A DNA stretch of 64,000 bases from an uncultured delta proteobacterium (lineage in GTDB: Bacteria; Myxococcota_A; Polyangia; Fen-1088), in the NCBI GenBank assembly GCA_963755125.1, contig CAVWIP010000008.1:224001-288000 (forward strand), given 5' to 3'. Every line of letters starts with the position of its first letter. Within the stretch, counting starts at the first letter, position 1. Positions 11,096 to 18,900 of the stretch are shown here, in pieces. The notes beneath the pieces were generated by a model. The model was not told where the DNA came from. It saw only the letters and a list, made by a program, of their open reading frames with translations, and did no database searches. Both the position numbers and the translations under genes were made by a program.

Positions 11096-11554
11096 ATGAG
11101 CCGTGAATCTCTATCATCAATGTTTACGTTCGTGTACAAGTGCATCTTTGCGCCAGTTTGGATTCTTGGGTTCAGTGCTGGGACGATCGCGATGCTGGTC
11201 TCATCTGGGCGGAGAGAAGATAGGCCCGTCCGCGCCTTCATCGCCGCGACCATCCTCGGGGGCGTTTTCGTGTGCTGGTTTTGCATCCGCCTAAAGCGAG
11301 TCGAACCCGATGGCCAGACGTTGTTTGTATCGAACTACCTTCGCGAGGTCGCAATTCGATTGCGCGACATCGCAAAGATCTCAGAGAATCGCTGGATCAA
11401 TCTCCACCCAATCACGGTGACATTTACTATGGAAACTGCATTTGGTCGGAGAATAACTTTCATGCCGCGAACGAGGTGGTTCGGGTTCCTGAGTTCTCAC
11501 CCCGTCGTGGAAAAGCTTCGGTTCGCTTCAGAACGGGCCAGCAGACAAGTCTAG
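11096..11554 (+). CDS. Small 2-TM membrane protein, integron-like cassette ORF
   Basis: Preceded by GTTGGGCGG (11080-11088) and followed by its exact complement CCGCCCAAC (11561-11569). Confidence 0.7.
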   Translation: MSRESLSSMFTFVYKCIFAPVWILGFSAGTIAMLVSSGRREDRPVRAFIAATILGGVFVCWFCIRLKRVEPDGQTLFVSNYLREVAIRLRDIAKISENRWINLHPITVTFTMETAFGRRITFMPRTRWFGFLSSHPVVEKLRFASERASRQV

Positions 11555-11562
11555 ATCAGGCC

Positions 11563-11650
11563 GCCCAACAAGCAGTTGCAGCGGATGTGGTCGCCGCAGG
11601 GACATCGGCGTAGAATCGTACAACCAGCTTGGCGGCGCCCACACCGCTGA
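11563..11650 (+). mobile_element. attC-like site, right end truncated
   Basis: GCCCAAC inverse core, then stem CAGCGGaTGTGGtCGCCGC / GCGGCGcCCACACCGCTG; no GTTRRRY after CCGCTGA. Confidence 0.7.
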
Positions 11651-11672
11651 GTGAATTCTTTCCGATAACCCG

Positions 11673-12287
11673 TCAGAGGCGCCGCGGTTGGAGCACCAAG
11701 TCGGCCGCTTCCTCAGCATCTTTGAGGAGCGTCTTGCGCGGCGTGCCTATACGCGCACGCATGGTCAGGCCACGAGCAAAATCCGTGACTTGGATCGCGC
11801 GCACTGCTACCGGAAAGTCAGGCGGGATGTCTCCCGCCAAGATCCCGTCCCGGAAACGGCGCTCCACCAGCGCCGCTGCACCCGCGACCGCGCCCTGCAG
11901 GAACCGCCGGACCTCAGCGTCGTTCACAAGCGGCGCGACGCACTCCAAAAGGCAGCCCAAGGCGGACCCTTTCTCGGTCGCACTTTCGACGGTGTACCTC
12001 AGAAAGCCCGCGATCGAGTCGCGAAGACTCTGTGGCGAGAGGAGTGCCTTCGCGGCCGATGCGCCCTTCCGTTCTGCGTACGCCCTAAGGACGCGCAAGA
12101 ATATCGCCCGCTTGTCCCCAAAGACGGCATACAGGCTCGGCCGTCCCACACCCATCCCGGCGACGAGATCGTCGATCGTCACTCCGTCATAGCCCTTCGA
12201 CCAGAACACCTGGGTCGCCTTTTCCAGCGCTTCCAGCTCGTCGAAGCTGCGCGGTCGTCCACGCGGTCTAGTGGTCTTTTGAATCAT
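11673..12287 (-). CDS. TetR/AcrR family regulator
   Basis: RGRPRSFD..VFWSKGYDGVTIDDLVAGMGVGRPSLYAVFGDK helix-turn-helix. Confidence 0.95.
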   Translation of the reverse strand: MIQKTTRPRGRPRSFDELEALEKATQVFWSKGYDGVTIDDLVAGMGVGRPSLYAVFGDKRAIFLRVLRAYAERKGASAAKALLSPQSLRDSIAGFLRYTVESATEKGSALGCLLECVAPLVNDAEVRRFLQGAVAGAAALVERRFRDGILAGDIPPDFPVAVRAIQVTDFARGLTMRARIGTPRKTLLKDAEEAADLVLQPRRL

Positions 12288-12302
12288 TTAGTTCAAAACT
12301 CC

Positions 12303-12348
12303 TTGCACCTGACCCTCCGCCCCATTATTGTAACAAGCGGTTCTAAAT
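12303..12348 (+). promoter_or_regulatory. Putative sigma70 promoter of the SDR with overlapping imperfect palindrome (candidate TetR operator)
   Basis: TTGCAC-17 bp-TATTGT; TTGTAAC-AAGCG-GTTCTAA overlaps the -10 box. Confidence 0.45.
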
Positions 12349-12384
12349 TGCCAAGGCGACGCTGTCGTCGCGAGGAAACCATCC

Positions 12385-13344
12385 ATGGGACATTCGATCG
12401 CTCTCGTCACCGGCACCACCTCCGGGCTCGGCTATGCGGCAGCCAGCATGCTCGCTGCCGAGGGCTGCCGCCAGGTCATCGTCACCGGCCGCAGCCTGGC
12501 CCGGGTCCAGGAAACGGCCGCTCAGCTCGCGGCTGAGACCAAGACCCAGGTCTTCACGCCGCTGGAGCTGGATCTGAACGCACCGACCAGCGTTCAGTCC
12601 GCGCTCGCCGAGCTCCTCAAGCAAGGTCGGCCGATCGATTTCCTATTGCTCAATGCAGGGATGGTCCCAGGTAGAAAGCGCGTGATCACTGCGGCGGGCG
12701 TCGAGGCTTCTCAGGCCCCGCTCATCGGTCATCATCAACTGACTGTCGGGTTGCTCCGCGCCAACCTGCTGAGCCCCAACGCGCGGATTGTGATCGCCGG
12801 CGCGGAACCTGCCCGAGGAGGCGTACCCATGTTCAGCCACACCGACGTGCCAGCCTTCGCGGCCAAACACCACCAGGGTGACCGAACCGCCGCTGTGGAA
12901 GCCCTGATCCGCAACGGGCCGAACGTGAAGTACGTGCCCAACAATACGTATGCCGACGCGAAGCTCATTATTGCTTGGTGGGTCGCGGCGCTGGCGCGCC
13001 GGCTACCCTCCGGCATGGCCGTGTACGCTGTCTCGCCCGGTGGGGCGACCGCCACCAAGGTGGTGCGAAACGCTGGCCCGGCCTTGAGGTATCTGTTTAT
13101 CCCAATCATAAACCTCATTCCCGGCATGAATCAGACGCCGGAGACTGCGGCCCGTCGGTACCTCCAGGCGTCGGAGTTCGGAACCGAAGTCTCAGGGCAA
13201 TTCTTCGCCTCGGCACAAGGCAAGTTCTCAGGCCCAATTGAGGCGCAGCGCCACCCACACCTCCACGATCGCGCCAGCCAGGAAGCCGCGTGGCAGGCCG
13301 TCGTCAAGGTCTCCGGCGTCGACTTGTCTTCCGCAGCAACTTGA
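12385..13344 (+). CDS. Short-chain dehydrogenase/reductase
   Basis: TGTTSGLG, LLNAG, YADAK. Confidence 0.9.
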   Translation: MGHSIALVTGTTSGLGYAAASMLAAEGCRQVIVTGRSLARVQETAAQLAAETKTQVFTPLELDLNAPTSVQSALAELLKQGRPIDFLLLNAGMVPGRKRVITAAGVEASQAPLIGHHQLTVGLLRANLLSPNARIVIAGAEPARGGVPMFSHTDVPAFAAKHHQGDRTAAVEALIRNGPNVKYVPNNTYADAKLIIAWWVAALARRLPSGMAVYAVSPGGATATKVVRNAGPALRYLFIPIINLIPGMNQTPETAARRYLQASEFGTEVSGQFFASAQGKFSGPIEAQRHPHLHDRASQEAAWQAVVKVSGVDLSSAAT

Positions 13345-13409
13345 GAGCGGTGTCCTGAAGGAAGAGCCCGATCGCGGCTGAACTGACCCCTGTAAGCGTC
13401 TACAGCGGC

Positions 13410-13845
13410 ATGGAGAGCGGAGGCGCAACGAACTCAAGTTATCGAAACTGCGCACCCAGCGAGCCGCGGCTTTGCGCCAGGCTGTGACCACCGGGAGCGT
13501 GGAAGGATGGACTGGGACTCTCAGCCATTTTCAACCACCGGTGAAGGCAAAGCTGTGCTGGGCATCAAGTTGCCGTGTGGTGCAGAGTTCAAGACTTGGA
13601 ACAACGCTTTCTCGGACATCATCGACGCCGCGCTGATATCGCAAGGATCGTCTCTTTACGAGAGTTTCTCCGAACTGAAAAAGGGTGACCGCGTTCGATT
13701 CTCCGGACGGCTCTTCTCCGGACCAAAAAAATGGCTACAGGGAGAGCCGTCTGCCCGAAGCTGGAAGCACGAAAGATCCCGAGTTCATCCTGAAATTCTC
13801 CTCGGTCAACAGGACTTAGAGCACTCAAGTTCAGCATCTCTTGAG
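13410..13845 (+). pseudogene. Frameshifted cassette ORF remnant (hypothetical protein)
   Basis: NELKLSKLRTQR..VEGWTGTL continues in another frame as STTGEGKAVLGI..KTWNNAFSD..KKGDRVRFSG; lies between an attC remnant (GCTGAACTGACCCCTGTAAGC, about 13377-13397) and the attC at 13854. Confidence 0.5.
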
Positions 13846-13853
13846 AGGCCGCC

Positions 13854-13921
13854 GCCCAACAAGGGTGTAACATCGAGGGACCGCCTCGGCGGCCTCACCG
13901 CTGAACGGCAAGGAGTTCCGC
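13854..13921 (+). mobile_element. Degenerate attC-like site
   Basis: GCCCAAC ... CCGCTGAACGGCAAGGA GTTCCGC, 13 bp before the next ATG. Confidence 0.65.
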
Positions 13922-13934
13922 ACGGAGTTCATCA

Positions 13935-15284
13935 ATGCCACTGCCTGATCCACCACCCGTTAGACCGAATCTCGATGTGCTTGTGGAGACTGCCCTCGCG
14001 ACTGGCGGTGAGACTGACCGTTTCGACTTCAAGGAGCTGCTCGATCTCAGCTCGGACGAACACAAGGTCAGGCTTGTCAAAGCTATCGGTGCCTTCGGAA
14101 ACACCAACGACGGCGGATTCGTATTGTTGGGGATTTCCGATGATCGACGTGTTGTTGGCCTGCCGGACCCGATTGCTGACGCGTACGACCAGACTCGTGT
14201 TCACGCAATCGCCACGCAATATCTCTCTCCCCCACCGAGATTCCAGGTTCGTCAACACCGGTATCACGAGAAAAGGATCGTTGCAATCGAGGTCTCATCC
14301 TTCGAGGAGGTTCCCTCCGTGGTCCGGCAGTCAGCCACCTTCGGCAAAGAGAAGCTGGTCGCGGGCTCGTTTCTCTTTCGGAGCAAGGCCGCCAAATCAG
14401 GCGTCCTGGAGGCTGAGGGGGATGTGCGAGCGCTCTGCGAAACCCTTGTGAAGAGGCGCGCCTCAGCTTTCCTGGACTTGGTCCAGCGCGGTTCGATCGG
14501 CACTCAAATCGTGTCGGCCTCAGCCCAGTTCACCAGTGAGAGCGAGCTTCGCAATAGAGTCGATCGAATCTGGCCAACGTCGGCGCCGGGAAAACCGTCG
14601 GTCGAGGTTGGCTTTGCCCCGGTCAGAGAGCTTCAACTCACCCCGGAGCAGATGAGAAAACTGATTCCCGGTGCGTGCATTCCTGTCCAACACGGTTTTC
14701 CATTTCACCAGGTCGGCGACAAGTACGTCGAGAAACCGGTTGGCTGGGGATGGTACGGGCGAATCCCAATGGCCGAGGTAGATGCGGAATCGCCCGAGCC
14801 GTCGTATGTCTGGATGCTTTCACGGGCCGGCGCATTCCTCTACCGAGAACATTTGTGGGAGGACTCGCCAGGATCCGTCATCCCCGGCGGTGTTGGCCTC
14901 TACCATCTGCTCGGCAACGTGATCCTCAACCTTCGCTTCCTTCGTTCGGTAGCGTCGGCCCTGGCTCTACAGCAGAACGCGCTCTATCGGGTCTTCGTTG
15001 CGGCGAACAACATACGTGGGAGGTACCTTCAGGACGAGAATAGGTATTGGCATGCCTCGTTTGGGCAGACGGCGACCGAGCACGTCGTGTCGGCGAGAAT
15101 CGACGTTGAACTCTCTGCGGTTCTCAACGATCCACGGGAAATTGCGGTCAAACTAATGGATGAGATGGCCTGGCAATTCGGTCGCCACGACCTGAAACGC
15201 CAGAACATAGAGGAAGCCGCAAATCGAGCTCCGGACCAGCTCGGTGGAGAGTATAGGCTTGAACGTGGAGGAGCCGGCGGATAA
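13935..15284 (+). CDS. Schlafen/AlbA_2 domain protein (cassette ORF)
   Basis: GETDRFDFKE..LVKAIGAFGNT.DGGFVLLGISDD; stop TAA lies within the attC inverse core GGATAAC. Confidence 0.8.
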   Translation: MPLPDPPPVRPNLDVLVETALATGGETDRFDFKELLDLSSDEHKVRLVKAIGAFGNTNDGGFVLLGISDDRRVVGLPDPIADAYDQTRVHAIATQYLSPPPRFQVRQHRYHEKRIVAIEVSSFEEVPSVVRQSATFGKEKLVAGSFLFRSKAAKSGVLEAEGDVRALCETLVKRRASAFLDLVQRGSIGTQIVSASAQFTSESELRNRVDRIWPTSAPGKPSVEVGFAPVRELQLTPEQMRKLIPGACIPVQHGFPFHQVGDKYVEKPVGWGWYGRIPMAEVDAESPEPSYVWMLSRAGAFLYREHLWEDSPGSVIPGGVGLYHLLGNVILNLRFLRSVASALALQQNALYRVFVAANNIRGRYLQDENRYWHASFGQTATEHVVSARIDVELSAVLNDPREIAVKLMDEMAWQFGRHDLKRQNIEEAANRAPDQLGGEYRLERGGAGG

Positions 15285-15341
15285 CCGCGCATTGCAGCGA
15301 ACGGCGCTTGCGCGCCGCCGCTGAACGCCATAGCGTGCGGA
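15279..15341 (+). mobile_element. attC-like site
   Basis: GGATAAC..TTGCAGCGAACGGCGC-TTGC-GCGCCGCCGCTGAAC..GTGCGGA (degenerate core). Confidence 0.7.
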
Positions 15342-15351
15342 CCGGGACTCA

Positions 15352-15864
15352 ATGAACTTCGGATGCACCAAGAAGGCGCAGGTCAGGCTCCGACTCACAC
15401 CGTCGGGGCTGGCACCCGTACCGGACATGGTGTCCACGGTGGACTGGCACTGCAATGTGGTCACGTTGGGTAAGCGACCGTTCTTCCTATTCGCACACTC
15501 ACAATCGCTGTACGCGTTCTTCGTCGCTGCAGCTGGGAATTCACCTCTGGATGCCTTCGGTCGCGCCTTCCGTGACCAACTCGCGTCGGCCCTGGTGCGC
15601 GAAGGCGTAGCCGCCGGTCTGGGCGCGAGGCTGATGGATGACGGGCCAGACACTATCTGTCGGGCGATAGACCGTCGGGTGCTGGGAACCATGAACGACC
15701 ATGTCAACATGAGCCGCTTCTTCGTTGAGGACGCGGGCGGCCTCGATGACCGTGTACTTGCCAAGATCCACGACGCCATCAACGAGTCTCCGATGAGTAT
15801 CTTGGGGATGGAGAGTCCCCGTCGAGTGCTTCTCGCCCTTCTCTCTCGACGGGGAGCCGCATAA
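15352..15864 (+). CDS. DUF6933-like hypothetical protein (cassette ORF)
   Basis: CTKK..DWHCNVV..LFAHSQSLY..DRRVLGTMND; stop TAA in GCATAAC followed by a collapsed site ending GTTGGGG (15874-15880). Confidence 0.65.
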   Translation: MNFGCTKKAQVRLRLTPSGLAPVPDMVSTVDWHCNVVTLGKRPFFLFAHSQSLYAFFVAAAGNSPLDAFGRAFRDQLASALVREGVAAGLGARLMDDGPDTICRAIDRRVLGTMNDHVNMSRFFVEDAGGLDDRVLAKIHDAINESPMSILGMESPRRVLLALLSRRGAA

Positions 15865-15892
15865 CGGCAGGACGTTGGGGCCACTGGCCCGG

Positions 15893-15960
15893 CCGCCACC
15901 GCCTCTGTTACCGCACCAGCCCCGGTCACCGTCACGGCCACCCACACCTATACCGCTCCC
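15893..15960 (-). repeat. Right copy of 68-bp inverted repeat
   Basis: Inverted match to 10741-10808 with 6 mismatches. Confidence 0.9.
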
Positions 15961-15995
15961 CGCTAGGCCCTAGGCATGCTAAAAACGCGCCAGCC

Positions 15996-18900
15996 ATGCG
16001 TACCAAGATTCGCCGCGACGAGACTGCGTCCAATTTCGGCTTCTACGACGATGCGGCCCGCGAGTACGTCGTCACCGATCCCCGCACGCCCACCAAGTGG
16101 GTCAACTACATCGGCACGCTGGATTTCGGCGGGTTCGTCGACCAGACGGGCGGGCTGAACATCTGCAAGAAGGACCCGGCCAACAACCGCATCACGGGCT
16201 ACAAAATCGACACCCCTCAGAACGCCATGCGGGGCAATACGCTGTATTGCCGGATCAAGAACGCCGACGGTACGTATACGGTTTTTTCCCCGTTCTTCAC
16301 GCCCACCCTGACCCCCTACGACAAGTTCGAGTGCCGGATGGGCCTGGGCTACAACAAGTGGCTCGTGCGGATGAACGGTCTGGAATTCGAGATCAAGATG
16401 TTCATCCCCGCGGGCGCCTCACAGGTGGTGACGGACGTCAAGGTGAGGAACATTTCCGCCCCCGCGGACGCGCAAGTGGACGTGATTCCGCTGGTGGAGT
16501 TCTCCCACCCGGACGCCCTCAAAAACCTGACCAACGCGGACTGGGTTCCGCAGACGATGAAGGGGAAAGCCGTCGGAAACGTCATCACGCAGTATCCGCA
16601 CATGGCCGAGGGAAGACGGGCCAATTTTATGACCGCCAACCGTCCCATGGATTCCTTCACCACGGATCGGAACAAGTTCCTTGGAAGCCACGGGTACGGC
16701 ACGTATGCCGAGCCCGGGGGGCTCGCGGAAGACCACTTGGACAACTACCAGGCTCTCCGCGCGGACAATGGCAACAGCATTGCCGCCATCCTCTACCGCC
16801 TCGGATCCATCGCCCAGGGGCAGGAATCTCGAATCATCATCCAGCTCGGTCAGAACACCAGCGTCGAGGCCGCCGCCGACTCCATCGCCCGGTTGCAAGA
16901 CCCCCAGAACGTGGACGCTGCGTTTGTGGCTCTGCATGCTTTCTGGCGGGGATACCTCGACCATCTCAGGGACGTCGAAACGCCCGATTCGGCGCTGAAC
17001 AAGATCGTCAACACGCTTGGCCCCCGTCAGAACCACGCGACCTTCTTCTGGTCCCGCTACCTGTCGCTGAACCAGCTGGGCTACGGCGGCGACCGCGGCA
17101 TCGGCGTCCGCGACACCAACCAGGACTTGATGGGCGTCCTGCCGTACATGCCGGACAAGGCGCGCGAGATGATCGAAAAGCTCCTCTCCGTCCAGCGCTT
17201 CGACGGATCCTCCATGCACCAGTTCAATCCTCTCACCATGAAGGCGTCTATTGGCGAGGGCCAGGCCGGCTCGGAGCAGGACTTTTACAGCGATGACCAC
17301 CTTTGGAATGTCTTGTCGGTCGTCGAATACGTGAAGGAAACCGGCGACACTGCCTTCCTGAACAAAGTCATCGGCTACTACGACGAGGGCACGGGCGAGA
17401 AAAAATCCGGCACCGTCCTGCAGCACTTGCACCGAGCCCTGGCCTTCACGCCGGGCAACCTGGGGCGGCACGGCCTGCCCAAGCTGGGCTGGGCCGATTG
17501 GAACGACGCCTTCAACATGGAGGGATCGGAATCCGTGTTCAGCGCCTGCCTGTACGGCAAGGCCCTGCTGGAAATGCAGGAACTGATGGACGTTCTAGGC
17601 GATGTGAAATCCGCCCAGGGCTACGCCGAAGAATACGACCGGATCAAGAAGAGCGTGAACAAGCACGCCTGGGACGGCGAGTGGTACGTCAGCTACATCG
17701 ACAAAGACGGAAAGCTGGTTGGTTCGAAGAAGAACGAGGAAGGACAAATCTACCTGTACACCCAGGCGTGGGCCGTCATCGCGGGCTTCGCGTCGCCGGA
17801 CCGGGCCGCCCGGGCCATGAAATCCGTCCAAGAAAAATTGGACACAAAACACGGCATCAAGGTCATGACGCCTGCGTATAAGAAAACGCAGCCGGGCATC
17901 AGCGCGTCGACCTACACGCCGGGCCTCAAGGAAAACGCGGGCATCTTCCTGCACCCCAACCCGTGGGCGGCCATCGCCGAAACCATGTTGGGCCACGGCG
18001 AACGGGCGGTGCAGATCATCGACCGAATCAATCCCCTCAAGCAAGATACGAACACCTACGAATGTCAGCCGGACGTGTTCGTGCAGAACATGGCCAGCGA
18101 CGAGCACCCTCAATTCGGTTTGGCCCGGAACCCCTGGCTGTCCGGAACCGTTTCCTGGGTCAACCAGGCCACGACGAAGAACATCCTGGGTATCCGACCG
18201 ACCTACAAAGGGTTGATGATCGACCCAGCCATCCCCGAGAGTTGGCCGGGCTACACGGCCACACGGGTGTTCCGGGGCGTGGCATGCCACATCCGGGTCG
18301 AGCGCGGGGATGGAGCAAACAGGGTCATGCTCGTCGACGGCAAACCGGTGGCGGGAAATGTCGTGCCCACCACTTTTTTCTCAGGAAAGAACGAAGTTCA
18401 GATCGTCGTGAAACTCGACAACAAACCCGCCGTCCCGCTCATCGAGAAGATGGTGCAGGAGTGCGAGTCCCGCCGGGCCGCCGCCGTGGCGGCGCAGGAC
18501 CCCGGTCCCCTCAAGAGGCACGAGCTGCACACCGTCGGCGGGGAGCTGGCCAAAGTGATCTATCTGTTCAGGAGAATGCTGGTCCACGCGCAAGGATTGT
18601 CGGCCACACTGGATTTCCCTCCGACCGGGGTGGTGACCGGAGCGCCCACGTTGGCGACTGGAATCTCTCCGTTCGGCCAAGTGAACCATCTCCTCGACGC
18701 CGGACGTTCCATCCGGTTCGGAAAACGGATGCGCTTTGCATCGACCCCCATGATTGGCATCACCCAGGCGGGCAAGACCCAAACCCGTCTGCTCACCAAC
18801 CTCAAGCGTGAGGACGAGGACGAGAAAGGCGAGGAGCCCCAGTCCTATCCCGATTCCATCGCCGACGAGGACGTGTCGGTGACCTTGGCCCCGCCCAGCA

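Noticed and set aside
13507..14451. 314-aa ORF in the track
   Set aside because: Chimeric read-through of a pseudogene fragment across an attC into an alternative frame of the AlbA_2 gene
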